DNA of 63,407 nucleotides, filler included, from Asterionella formosa (Eukaryota), in the NCBI GenBank assembly GCA_002256025.1. It is 23 parts of 23 records of this genome, joined end to end, with 100 filler letters (N's around TTAATTAATTAA, not from the genome) between each part and the next. Parts side by side here need not be neighbours in the genome. Positions count along the whole stretch, not along the records: positions 3,765 to 22,277 come from NKIB01004013.1; positions 22,378 to 40,867 come from NKIB01004014.1; 21 more parts are not named here. One strand, given 5' to 3'. Position 1 is the stretch's first letter. Each line of letters opens with the position of its first letter. Shown piece by piece: positions 12,596 through 25,583 of the stretch. A model generated the notes under the pieces. The model made no database searches and was not told the origin of the DNA. It saw nothing but the letters and a program-made list of their open reading frames with translations. Position numbers and translations under genes: made by a program.

Positions 12596-12679
12596 AGTTG
12601 TGGTAACTTTGACGAAAGAAAGATTTAGTTTTCTTTATCCCACATTAAATTGTTTATTCAAGCAAAATGACCACAACTT
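12596..12679. repeat. Dispersed copy of the ~84-bp TIR micro-element
   Basis: AGTTGTGGTAA...CTTTATCCCACATTAAATTGTTTATT...AAAATGACCACAACT aligns by eye with 5992-6075. Confidence 0.75.
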
Positions 12680-12794
12680 GCAGGTACCGGTACTGGTACT
12701 CAAGTACCCTGGTACTCCAACAACACACTGATGGTACCAGGTACCTGGTGTACCAGTACCAGCACTCAAAAAACTGTAAACCATCGTTATTTTA

Positions 12795-15514
12795 GGCCCT
12801 GTCTTTCGGTGCCCGAATTACGAAGATTGAGTTGCCCGGATATCTGTTGGGCGTTTAATCTTCGTATTTTCGTCCCTTACGTGCTAAATAACTCACGAAT
12901 TCCCCCCGATTACGAAGATTAATCTTTGTTCGCCCAAATATTTCAGGGGTCATCCACAATACTGACCCAATCTTCCGTATTTTCTTGAACAATATTCGTT
13001 TCCTGAAGATGAATCTTTGGGAAAACGTAGATCGTCTCCACCAATCAGGATAGCGGAAACAATATATAATCGTCACACATTTACTGATGATTTAGTAGTT
13101 GATACTTCTATTAGTATTATTATGGTCACTTTTATTGCATATTATTAATATAATTATCATTAATCTTAATATTTTTATATGATAATAATATTTTGTAACA
13201 TGACGACTCCGCCAACGCTATCTTCAACCTTCCTGGCGCATTATCAACAGTGTATGCAGCCATGCAAACAACAATGGTTGTCATGGCAACTACCAGCAGC
13301 CTTGCCTGCTGCGTTGCGAAAAGAGCTGGTGTCTCAGTTCCATTTGGAAGTTCAATCTGAAAGATGGAATCAGCGATCACCATACGACAACATCTACTAA
13401 GCGAATAAGAATGAAAAAACCTTTGGTGTCAATGCAAGAGTCATGTTGGTGGAAGAAGTTTCTAACAAACCAAAAGTGCATCTTACAATTGGACATGAAC
13501 AAATGGGAAGCAAGAATCTTTCGCAATAAAAACTCGTCTTCCATTCATTATCATCAGAGTGCTGTATGACATGACAATATCAAATGGTTGTTATGATCCA
13601 CACAGGAAAGTTTGCACAATAATCTGTGCAAGGATCTCGAGTTGCTCTTATTAGGTGTTCTCTACACTCTTGCAATCGGTATCACAGAAGAAAGATTTTA
13701 TCAATCAGCTACCAATACCCAAGAACAAGAAATGACAAACGCATAGTCAAGTTTGATGCTTCTGTTGCTAATCTGGAAGATGATAGAAATTCTTTTCTTG
13801 GCTGGCAAGAGTGAAATGTGCTCACTGCTGATTCGTCTATTACATATAAAGGCTACTATTTAATTTGTGATGGAGGTTACCTACAATTGCCAGAGTTGAT
13901 TTTTCCAATTAAATATGGCAATGAACATGAAAAAAAGGGCATGGGATATGATTGTGAAGTCTAGCTGTTCAAAAAGATATTGAATGTACTTTTGGTTTAT
14001 TGAAAAGCCGACGGTTATTTCTTAAGAACTGTAACAACTTGCCTCAACCATATCGACAATGTGTTCACATCATACTGTATGCTCCATAAAATTCTATTAG
14101 AAAGCGATGGTTACCGTGACTTTGAAAGCTCTGACACACAGCATGTTGTGCATACTGTGCGAGGTGACTGCAGGGAATTGCATGTTACTTCACACAGCAA
14201 GCAACTTGAATGCAACAGTTGCTGGTAAACAATGCCAATGGTGGAAAAGAGTTCAACTACTTGTTGATCGTTATGACGAATTTCGTAAAAGCAGTAAGTT
14301 AGTAAAAAATGTAAGTTAGCGAGGCAGTTTAATACGAATTGGCAGTCAATGCAAATCTCTCCAAGTCTGGGACCTTGATCTTTACCTTGCTCATCATTGC
14401 GAACAAAAGAGGGAATTGGTGTAGTATTTGTTGGAGTGAGGTCATTTCCAAAGACACTTGTTGCACTGATGACACTTTTGTCATCCATAACAATTGTAGC
14501 CTCAACATGATAAGTTTGTAGGGAAGGTAGATTATTGAAACAATTCAAACAGCTGCACGATATCTGTCTACTGGGATTATGTGTTTGAATCTCTTGTATA
14601 GATCAAGATGAGCAACAAACTCATCAACAACCATGATTTCGAGTCTGCTGGTTGTTGACCAGGTAGATCTACTCTATCAATCATGATTTAACACATTGTT
14701 GGATTCTTCTTTTGGAAACTTTGCTTGTAAAGAATATTGCATCCTTCAAACCTTGTCAACTTGGAAGTTTGTGCAAATCCTGGGCGATGTTTGAACTAGA
14801 AATGATACTGTGCGTTGCGAAGCTTGTTCCTAATTTCCTGCTACTATCTCCACAAGGTATTGTCAGTCATGCTCGATTTATCCTTGGACCCCCATGCATA
14901 TCGCAGTTGAGTTTTTATGGCGGTATCGCACATATCATCCTCAAGGTCTTCATCCAGAATTCGAAAAAACACTTCACCCATATCTCGAAATTTCTTCTCT
15001 TCCATAGATGCAAGCCTGTGTTGAAGTTCACAACCAGCAGCAAATTTAAATGTCAATCTGCACACTTCGAAGCATGTGCACTTGAATGGGATCGCCTATC
15101 CAATATCGAATGCGGTCGCAAAAAGAACGCTCCTCCTCAGTTGAGTATTCATTTGGTCCTTGAGTCGCCATAATGAATATGGTAGGGAGATACTGGTGGT
15201 GGGAGAGGAGAAAGGAGAAAGTAGATAGGCCGATGTGAAGGCCAATCACCATATGACAACAGCAATGACGATGATGGTAACATTGAGTGTTGACGATTTT
15301 CATTATAATTAAATACTATAATATTCCTACAAATGAGACAACCAATTTTCATCTAGTAGATAAATATAAATTCACGAGATTGGTTATTTGACATACTATT
15401 CAATCTTCGGGACCAAAAGGTGGCCATAACATTTCGAAATAGGAAGATCGAGGATTTTGCCACGATAGCTCAACAATATTCCATCTTCGTATTTCGGGCA
15501 CTAATGCTTCAGCC
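12795..15514 (+). mobile_element. Decayed PIF/Harbinger transposon (Plant_tran-type transposase remnant ~13450-14100, +; decayed convergent ORF ~15180-14300, -)
   Basis: Inverted 19-mer GTGCCCGAA(T/A)TACGAAGAT at 12809-12827 and 15483-15501. Peptide remnants HRRKILS..PRTRNDKRIVKFD, GYYLICDGGY..LPELIFP and KDIECTFGLLK are broken by stops and frameshifts. Confidence 0.75.
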
Positions 15515-16729
15515 ATACTCCATCTTCTGACTGAAAATATTTAAGTAATTTATCAATCGAAACCTGATGCAAGTACAAAGTGTGTGTTAGACAATGCACT
15601 CTACTCAACGAATAAGTAATCAGTTTTGATTCAGTGTATCGAGCCATGGAGATCTAATTTTTTCAAAAAAGTCATTAAGATTGTCGCATTTTGGTGGCTT
15701 TCAATGCATACCTTTCTATCTGTACATGAATATATTTCGCCCCCAAACTGCGATTATTTTTACCCCATTTATACTACAGAAATTCTTTTTGTATTACTTT
15801 ACCTGTTATGCGCAATACAGTGTGCAGTCCTATAGTTGGGTTTCCTTCTCGCAGCACTGGAAGGCATGTAGCAGCCAAGAAGGGTATTGTTGAAGCAATT
15901 CATAATCTAGCTATTGTCGCGCCATTTGCTTACCTGGAAAGTTTTGGCAAGTTGCACTCCCTTAAAAGAGAGTTAAGTGCAAAGTGGTGCTTCATGTGCT
16001 GAAGTTCATTCTTTCACCATCTATGATGAGTGAAGAAAGTGGATATCTTTAATTGTGCTTTTTGTGGGTGTTTGGGCAACACTGATGGTTGCCAGGAAGC
16101 CTCTTGATGCTGGAATAAAATATGTTGAGAGATTGTTGACCTTGGTTTTCCAATTTATTTGAAATTGCTAACAGAGAATCAGCTTTTTCCAGAAATCTTC
16201 TTTTGTGCCACCTCTGAGTTTGAGCAAATCTTGGAGTAGATGCTGAAATAAGTGTGGATCTCTGTAGTTCTCTAGCTAAGTGCAAGCTGCAAAATAGGGC
16301 GATTAAACCAGAGAAAATTGTAGGAGTCAAAATGGCACCAGCAAAATTGGAATTATTGATGCAATTATTATTTGACAGATGGAGGTCTGGCAATCTAAGG
16401 ATGTAATTGTACCATCTGTGATGCTGTCAAAAGTCAAAAATCATGCATTTTGAAGGCACAAGTCATTTTCCCTGATAAAATAGAATAGGCTGCTACCCAA
16501 GTGTAGCCAGGTGCTGCGTACCATTCCAATAATCATGCTTCCTTTCGAACTAATACCAATGTATGACACTCACCAGCAGGATAGAGAGTTAGGTGGTCAT
16601 CATGAGATTATTGATACATAAAACATTCATGCCTATTCAACTTCCTGACATTTCCTTACTTCCAAAGATTGTGCCTGAGTTTTGACCTGTTCCTCACTGT
16701 TGCCCATTCAACTACACGTTAGTAAACTT

Positions 16730-17782
16730 CTAGCAATCCCTCATATACACCACTTGGGTTGGACGAAGGGATGCAAGGGAGTAAGCTGATGTTGATGTAG
16801 CCTTACCTACTGCCACACCCCTCCATCCCATGTGATCATTTGCGGTGTTCTCAAGAAATCCATGCAACCCTTCTGAATTCCTTCCTTCTCCAATGCCATT
16901 TGCAAACAGTAGTGTTTCTCGTTGATTGCGAAAGAAAACTGCCAGCCGATGAAAGAATTCCATTTGAAAACGTTCATTATCTGCATCACTCATAACATTC
17001 ATATCTCCAGAGATCTTGCCGTGAAGAGCTGGTGGATGGATAGCACTCCCTGAAACTGGGCACTTGTCTGGCGAGTCATCCATCAGCAGAGTGTTTGATG
17101 CATTCCAGAGTGGAAAAGAACTCCAAGCCTTCTCCAGATTCTTAACAAATATGGATTCAACTCCGGCGGGGACGATGTTACACTGATTCTGAGCCCAAAT
17201 AAACAGCAATTTCTTTGATATTTTGTCTGGTATTAGCAAAGAAACAAGTTGTTTGGCTGTTTTGCCTTTGGCTGAAGTCCAAACTGCGAGAGTAAAATGT
17301 GTATCAAGAAAGGTCAAAAAGTGTACCAAATTAGTTCTTGGAATAATCCGGGTACTGGCTACACAAACTGGTGATGGGCGATATACCAGGTGAGGATACA
17401 TATCCTCCCTTGTTTTTCGTATTCGATGGCAGAGTACGCCGTTCAGATCGAGCACTAAGAGAGGCTTCACATGAATGGTAGATGGCAGAGGTTCTGGTGG
17501 CAAAGCACAGGCCGTAACAACACGAATTTCGAAACCAGACCGGAGCCCATCTTCATCGAATAATACAGAATCAGTTTTCAAAGCCCCCTTCGCTATTCTT
17601 ATCATTCGTTCAAATGCAGTGATGGAAGGAGGAGGCGGAGGCGCCTCACTCGAACAACTTCTCGATTGTGTATCGTTGTGTTCTCCTTCCCTCTCTAATT
17701 CTGCTCGTGTGCTCTTTTCCTTTCTAGTCCATCTCTTTTTGGACGACTTGCCTTTGGCGGTGGCACGCTCAAGGGAAGTCAT
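16730..17782 (-). CDS. FCP1/NIF-family HAD phosphatase-like protein (DLNGxL subtype), 350 aa
   Basis: Motif I LLVLDLNGVL, motif II LAVWTSA, motif III KNL, motif IV NTLLMDDSPDK. Confidence 0.88.
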   Translation of the reverse strand: MTSLERATAKGKSSKKRWTRKEKSTRAELEREGEHNDTQSRSCSSEAPPPPPSITAFERMIRIAKGALKTDSVLFDEDGLRSGFEIRVVTACALPPEPLPSTIHVKPLLVLDLNGVLCHRIRKTREDMYPHLVYRPSPVCVASTRIIPRTNLVHFLTFLDTHFTLAVWTSAKGKTAKQLVSLLIPDKISKKLLFIWAQNQCNIVPAGVESIFVKNLEKAWSSFPLWNASNTLLMDDSPDKCPVSGSAIHPPALHGKISGDMNVMSDADNERFQMEFFHRLAVFFRNQRETLLFANGIGEGRNSEGLHGFLENTANDHMGWRGVAVGKATSTSAYSLASLRPTQVVYMRDC

Positions 17783-18559
17783 TCAGTGATACGTGCTGCA
17801 CAGCCCTGGCCTGATCTGCCACAAAAAAGCAAATTCTGGTCTTGAGCGAAAGGATGCATCATCTTATCTTATGTTTGCTTGGTTCCACGCACATGTATGT
17901 AGACTCGATGATTACTTATACCAGTCTAGCTGCGCATCATGCAAGTAGCGTCAACGGAGGGTACCTGGTAACAGATACCAATACCAGGTACAAGGTACCG
18001 GTCAAAAATGGCTTTGAGCCACTTCGAATGGCTTTGAGTCACTTAACGATATAATATTCACTGTGTATTCATACCCGAAAATAGTATACACTGAACGGCA
18101 GTTATCTGGTGGTTAGTCTACACTTTTTGTATACTTTTAGACTCTACTCAATTCCTCTCATGTACCAGGTTCCACGATGCTCCTCAGGTAGCCGTACCAA
18201 AGTATACACTCAAGTGTATACTTTCCACTTCAACTACCGGTATCGGGGTGTGCTTTGTGGACGTACAATGTCAGTAGCGTAGTACCAGGTGCGAGGTAAT
18301 TGACATTCTACACCACCAGCCAGCGGCCGTTTTCAATTCCCGACTCGATCAACTACCAGTAGTACCGGTATGCTGGTATAGGTACAAATGTACCAGCGCC
18401 TGCTCCCCTAAACCCTGGTACCGTGCTGGAGAGAGGCATGGACGGGTGTTATGTACTATAATCACCACTGTAAATTATTGTTCTGATTCCTTCATCACTC
18501 ATACAAATAGGAAAGTCACAATCACCATACCACAACAACTTGGGCTTTTGACAACAAGA

Positions 18560-20200
18560 ATGCCTGGAGGCCATAGACATCCTGCATTTTGTTCTAAAGG
18601 GACAGATGAACCTGTTATAGTAATAGGAGGCAATATTGATGTCCATGATGAGCACTTGGGAGGTCAAATTCAAGAGACAGAAGATAACAGGCAAAAGCTG
18701 AAAACAAAACAGGAACACTGCAACAGATTGAAGGTAATAATTCAATGTTTAAAAGAGCAATACCCTCAGTATACTGCAGCAGGTGGAGTTATTTCAATTT
18801 CTCAAGAGCATGCAAGAAACCCAAATTTTTTCCAACACGCAAACACAGAAGACTTAAAGTACAATGGGACCAATGTCACTCTCATCAAAGCATTTCTTAG
18901 CTCTGCGAAGCGAAAATCAAATGGAAAAATATGCTCATTTTCAAATATTCGAAAGTTTCTTGATTCCATTTCATTTGGTGCAGAGCAGGCATCAGAAGTT
19001 CTACCTCAAATCTACCATCAAGAAATACAAAAGTTTTTAGAATCATTCAAAAAAGAGTCAGTTAAAGCAAAGCGACAAGGCAATGTTGATGACAATGATG
19101 CATATCAAATACCACTTCCATTATACAGTCAAATTTGTGAGTGAGCTGTGGATGCTGGCAATATATTTGCATGGACATTTACAGTGTGCCAATGGAACTG
19201 CATGGGTTGAAGTGCATCCGTAGATCCATTGGGAATCACAATTTTACAATTGGTATTGATTCATTCAAGATAACATGTGATGACTCAAAGACTGACAGTT
19301 CTGGTGATCATGTTAGCCCTAAGAATTTATATTCCAATCCCTTTAAGCCACATATTTGCCCTGCAACTGCACTTGGAATCTGGTTGTCACTTCGTAATGA
19401 AGCTTTTACTAAGGATTGTGACTCCATATTCCTTGATAATGGTACTCTTGGAAGTGCTACTCATCGATACTGTCAACAGCTTGTTGAACTTCTGGCAGGT
19501 CATCATGACGAAGTCCGACAATACTGTCGTGCTGAGCGAGTGAAAAGCCATGGTCTCAGGAAAGGGTCTGCTACCCATGCAACAAGTGGAACCACTGTTC
19601 CTCCACCACTTCCATCAGTGGCTAAACGAGGTGAATGGAGCCAAGTAAATACCTTTGACATATATTTTCTGTTTGCAGAACCTGGTGATCAATACCTTGG
19701 GCGATGTCTTGCAGGCCTCCCACCTAATGCAGTTGATTTCGCGGTTCTCCCACCACATTTCATTTATGGTATGGAAAATGATGATGTCAAGCAGGCATTA
19801 CAGATATTTTTTGGTTGCATCATTGACTTGTATGAGGAGAGACAAAGCGGGGGTATAGTTGGTGTTTTACTCTACTTCCTTGTATCAGTTGTTTATCACA
19901 TGGATACCTTTGTTAAACCTGTAATTGAGAAACAACCAAACCACCCATTTTCTGCAATTCCACTATTGCAATATCCTGGCCTCCTTCAGCGCTTGCAAAA
20001 ATTTGTGACACTTGATAGAACTGACAACGTGCCCCAAGCCACAGGGATCCCACCACATATTGATCACTCACAAAAATTGAGTGAAATTCTTCTACAAGTC
20101 ACTCAGATAACATTAATAATGATGCATCAGACAGAGGAAATCAAAGCTTCTGTAGTTCAAGCAATTGAAGGGCATGACATCCGTGGTGGCGGCGGCGCCA
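18560..20200 (+). pseudogene. Crypton-like tyrosine recombinase, disrupted
   Basis: WNCMG*SAS (catalytic Arg position), SKTD, ICPATALG, SHGLRKGSAT, RGEWS...DIY, GDQYLGR.LAGL...FAVLPPHF. Stops at 19142 and 19208, frameshift near 19232. Confidence 0.82.
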
Positions 20201-21753
20201 GCTTGCACCTAAGGTACTTGATCAAAGAAGAAGAGTTCGTCAGAGACACAATTCTCCTTGAAATTACTAGTGAATATGTATATAAATATATATCATATTA
20301 TGTATATAAATATATATCATATTATGTATATACTATACAAAGCAAGTAACTGGTACACAAGAAGTGGTGTAGCCAGAGATGTTCTACTAGTTAAAAGCAA
20401 GTGAGAAGTACAGCAGAGTTTCAGCGGGCACTACTGGCTGGCTGATGGAGGTTTATTTTTTAAAGGCTTTTTATGGATTACAAAACACACCACTGTAGCC
20501 TCTCCTCGGCCAGTTGAGCTGCTTGCTTTCGAGGTCAGCAGTGCGCAAACCAGTCAGCAAATTTAACAATGCAATGGTGAGTTTCTTCTCTTCAATTGCT
20601 GGGATGTATGTTAGATTATCTAGGTGCAGCCAGGGTGAGGTGTGTATTATTTATCTGGCTGGATGCCCATACTTTTTTACACATTTGCGAGCCTAAAATA
20701 AACAATACTGGTTGCTCCATCTCTTATCCTACAGTCGTAACTGTTCATGGTACCAGGTACTCCGAGTACCTGGTATTTCATTTTACATGGTGCCTGTATA
20801 TGATGCTGTGTATCATAGGCTGCATATTGCCGTGGCACCATAGCAGTGGAATATTCTCGCCAGCATACCGGGTAGATGTTATGATATGAATACATTGATG
20901 GCTTGACAGCTGCATATAACGGACTGACGTACGGACATTCTACAGCAATTGTAGACTTTTAGAGGGCACTTACACATAGATTTTTTCTAATTTTCCAGTT
21001 ATGACTATTTTTAGTACGATAAAGTTGGTCCTGACGTTGCGCCGGATACAACATATATTGTTGTCAATTAGGTCTTGTGTTTTAGATAATCAGATAAATG
21101 TGTCGGAAAGTAACCATTGGCCCAAAAGTGGCAAAAACAATATTATACCATTGAGCCGGCATCTCCCGGAAATGCACATAAACATTTGTGTAGAAAACTT
21201 AATATCTAATATATATTTAGTTGCGTTTAACCGCCATGGACAATGCACTATAGCAATAAATGAATCAATTAGTCACTCTAAGTAAATGAATGCAATATTT
21301 CTTGAAGGCGAAAAAATCGCGCCATATTTATATGTAGACCGTAATTCACATCAGAAATTGCTTCCAATGTGTTAATTCATTTTAGCTGAATTTTCTTATT
21401 CAGCTGAAATAATATGAGCACTCAAAATCTGGTGAGTAATTTTGTTCTTTAAAATAAATTAGCTGTAAGTAAATATATTTCTGACGCAGGCCTCATAATT
21501 TCTCCTATCTAATTTTAGGGTAATTTTTTATTTCACCCAAAACCTCTTTTCTCTATTAAATCTTAGATTTATTTAGATAGCAGCAGGACGAGCAAGTGAT
21601 AGCAATCTCTCCTGTCAAATGCTTACCTGTAGCCATGTGTACCTACCTACTTGCAGTGAATCTTCAATAGAAGTCAATGCACAACTAAATCTATTGATTG
21701 CTCACAGCCCTTCATCTTGTACTTGTATACCGGAAAAGCTCCTCTGATTTGAG

Positions 21754-22277
21754 ATGAATTCTTCGAAAAAGAAGAATTGCAATGACGACAGTAGTGATGA
21801 AGAGTATGGAGTGAGTGAATTCTCATATGTTTCTACATCTTCATCCAATGATCATGGCAATGCCGCTGTCAGTATTGATGGTGCACAGAGAATGAGAGAA
21901 TCCTTTCACACGCATTTCAACAATGTAGCTTTTTGTTTTTTCAATGAAAACCCGGGATCAGGCACAACTCCAGTCAATACCGAAACCGGAACAACAACAG
22001 CATCAAAGAATGAAAAGGTGTGGACAGGTACAACTCCATTCGATCATGCGGAAACCGGAACAACTGGAGCAACGAGGAATGAAAAGGCGTACATAGTTAC
22101 ATCTCCAGTTGATGCCAAAACCGGAACAACAACAGCAACAAGGAATGAAAAGGCGTACACAGGTACAACTCCAGTCAATGCCGAAACCGGAACAACAACA
22201 GCAACAAGGAATGAAAAGGTGGGCACAGGTACAACTCCTGTGGATGTGGAAACTGGAGCAACGACAGCAACAAGGAC
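21754..22277 (+). CDS. Partial ORF with ~5 tandem 60-bp (20-aa) Thr-rich repeats
   Basis: The unit GTTPVNAETGTTTATRNEKA(Y/V) runs from ~21958 to the contig edge with the frame preserved. Confidence 0.5.
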
Positions 22278-22773
22278 NNNNNNNNNNNNNNNNNNNNNNN
22301 NNNNNNNNNNNNNNNNNNNNNTTAATTAATTAANNNNNNNNNNNNNNNNNNNNNNNNNNNNNNNNNNNNNNNNNNNNGATTTGCCGGTTCCACAAACAAG
22401 GCAAGCTCTGATTACAAGATTCGACGATACCAATCACCGTGGTGACCAGCAGCCGCCATTCCCTCTCCATGCACCTCCTATTGCTGTGGTTGTTGTTACT
22501 GCACCTCCTCCTGTTGCTATTCCCTTTCCTTCTACAACTGCTACTGCCGATCCACCATTCCGTGATGAAGTTTGAGACTCCGCAAGCAAGAAATTAGATG
22601 CAAAGAAGCTCGAGATTAATGTAATGCATCAGAAGAATTCTCCAACGATGATGCTGCCCCTGCAAAAGTGTAAAACGTAAAGTAATAAGAAAATAATTTT
22701 TGTAGTATTAACGGAGTAAAAATAAACACGGTTTGGGGGTAAAATATATTCATGTACAGATAGAAAAATATGC

Positions 22774-22980
22774 ACTGTAAGCCACCGCTATGCAATAATC
22801 TTAGTGACTTTGGAAAAATTATTTCTTCATGGCTAGATACACTGAATCAAAACTGATTCCTTAATAGTATAGCAGAGAGCATTGTCTAACATAAGCTTTG
22901 TACTTGCGTCAAGTTTTGATCGTTGAATTACATAAATATTTTTAGTCGAAAGATAGAGTAAAATAGCGGTGGCTTACAGT
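22774..22980. repeat. 207-bp segment bounded by a perfect 17-bp inverted repeat (MITE or transposon end)
   Basis: ACTGTAAGCCACCGCTA at 22774-22790 and TAGCGGTGGCTTACAGT at 22964-22980. Confidence 0.7.
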
Positions 22981-24409
22981 TTTTAAGTGGTACCTTGAGT
23001 CTTTTGACCCTGCACTCAGACATACTAACAAATAGCTATACTGTATGGTACCACCAGGTACTCCTGGCTGGTAGGAACCAGGTCGTCGTTACAAGTGTGA
23101 GACTGTCCGTTCGTACTGTGAAACTGTACTCATTTCTACGCTCGTACTGTGGAACTGTAGGTTGCTTTGCCATATCAGCATTCCCGTATTCCCCTTGTTA
23201 CAATAGAATATGGCGTTCGTATTGTGAATATATTAAGATTTACCATTGGCTGTGTCCTCTCCTTCTTGTCATATTTGTTTTAGGTCACACTTGTAGCATC
23301 AGAATTTGTCCCGTCGAAGTAAGACTGCGCCAGGTTTTTTCGTGTAGATTGTAGGTTCTGTTGGTACAAAGATGAAGTCATGGCTGCGCCAGGATTTTTG
23401 ACCCCCTCTGAATTCACAAAGACAACATTTAGCCACCAACAACCACTGTGCACAATGTGTTTTCAACATGGGGACGACCCTTAAAACCAGCATCCCCCTT
23501 CTAGCTTTTCAGCGCCTCATCATTAACAAATCCTTCATCAGCCAAGAACTCACATATTGTTTGCTGCAACAACAGAAGGTGGAATCACGATGCAACATTG
23601 AGATCATAAGCAATCGATGCATAAGGTAAGATTTATTTGCTTACTATTTTTGCTATCATATCACCAAGCGAAGGATAGCTCATACTGATATGCTGTTGTT
23701 TTCAAAATTCATTTGACATTTGAACAGGTCTTTTCAGAAAAGGAGTGTTCTTTGGAAAGCATGAGTGATAGAGGGTGAAATGATACAAAATGGAGACCCG
23801 CAATGGAGGCCTTTAAGGTAAGCTCAATCTTCAGTTTTTTCATTGTATCAGCAAAGCGAGCGATAAATTACATGGTTCTGTTATTGTTGTCTTCATTTAT
23901 TTTACATTTTAGCCGTCCATATCACAACAGGAGCATTCTTTTGAACGCATCAGTGAGTTGTGGTACTGCCTGGTTGTTGTCGGTTTGTTGTTTCAATTCA
24001 ACTGCCCCAAGGAACAGTTGAATACTACTATATGTGTGTGTTGCCTTCTGCAGTTGCTAGTTCTATCATATGAATTACTGACACACTGTTGTTATGTAAA
24101 ACTTTGCAGATCAATGAAAAAGTCATTTAAAGGACAAGAAGGAAGCCAGTGTGTGATGCATTCATGTTGCAACTTCGTACAATGATGCCTGTTCAAGAGT
24201 GAATAATTTTCCCTTCTGAATGAGTGGCTTCTCTTCGTCTTGTAATGTCCTTACAGATGTCTCATAATGCATGCCTTCTCAAGACTGAATATTCCATTCT
24301 GATAGAACAGCTTTGTTTGATTGCATATCGAGATTTGTTTCCCATGTAATGTGAAATACCGGTACTGGTAGTTGAGTTAGGAATCAACATTATTTGATAG
24401 TACTTTTAA

Positions 24410-24725
24410 ATAACGTAAACAAATTTAATAGATTATGTGAACTATATTTTAGAATTACGTGAACAAAATTATAAGGGAATGTGAACTAAATTACAGAATT
24501 AATTGAAGTTTTTCAAATAATTATGCGAAGGTGATCACGTAATATAGTGATGATCAGGAATGCATGCATGATACTCTGATCAAATAATTATTGTGATTTA
24601 TTTAGATAATATGTAGATATATTCAAGTAAGCATTTTGATGTGCTCAACTAATTCATGTGATCCATTCAAAATCAACTAGGCTTATTTACGTGATGGTCA
24701 CTTCACGTAATATGCGGCTTGGATG
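24410..24725. mobile_element. Terminal segment of a dispersed element ending ...GCGGCTT(G/A)GATG
   Basis: Colinear with 61030-61432; similarity stops at GATG in both copies. Confidence 0.75.
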
Positions 24726-25400
24726 AAGGTCTTGGTCACTCTGGTGAAGGAAGAATTTAGATAATTTGTTGAACAGCTGGTCAAACAGTTTTCGATTGGA
24801 ATTAACCTTCACTGTTTTGGGGAGCCCGATGATACTATAAGAATATAGCTCCAAAAGGTGATCAATTGTTCCTTCTTGAATAGAATCAAGTTTCTCAGGA
24901 GGAACGTGCCCATTAACATCAAGAGGATCGCCACCAAAACACAGCTGATACCAACAGGGATAGATTAATCTTCGGCTCAAATTATTCAATAAATCTTTTA
25001 TGCCCCGGATTAATAGTTCCTCGTAATCAATCTGACCTACAGGACTGCATTCATGAGATGGATTGTCCATTTGATCAAACAGACAATCACATTCACGACA
25101 CATCCTGGCAGTCTTCAGATATGTTTTCTTTCGCCCGTATTGTCCATCTAAACCTTCAGCATCACCGAAAATTAGACCAACCGGAACTTTCACATTAAGT
25201 GTAAATTGATTGCTCCCGAAATTGAAAATGTGTTTGAATCCACCAGCTCGTTGCGCATTCTTCACCCCCCTCAAGAATCACACCAAGGACAGCGTGATAG
25301 TTGGATTCCTTGTTTTGATCAGGGGTTAGGGACTGGTACTGTTTCTGAAATTATTTTGCATCAATATTTTCTATGTCCGTTGGAACTAATAATTTAGACC
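24726..25400 (-). pseudogene. Plavaka/CMC-like transposase, central fragment
   Basis: AQRAGGF...LIFGDAEGLD...G...CRECDC...LCFGG...PPEKL...G...QSD resembles Plavaka-type transposases as I recall them; the upstream part is decayed. Confidence 0.6.
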
Positions 25401-25583
25401 ATTCAATTGGTGTAAGTCATAACCCATTTGTATCATTTTTGATATGCAAGGATTTTGGTAGCAAATTATTTAAGTCCTTTTTTGGGCGGGGGTTCTTCAT
25501 GTGTACATTATATGACAATAACATTTTATCATATATATACAGAGCAACAGTAGTAGCAGGTAGGAAGTGATATATTGGGGGTA

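Noticed and set aside
15900..16700. Coding-like - strand sequence after the HAD gene
   Set aside because: Many stops; no family recognisable.
6547..17782. Functional phosphatase cluster (PP1 plus HAD)
   Set aside because: Unrelated families about 9 kb apart and separated by TEs; no evidence of linkage.
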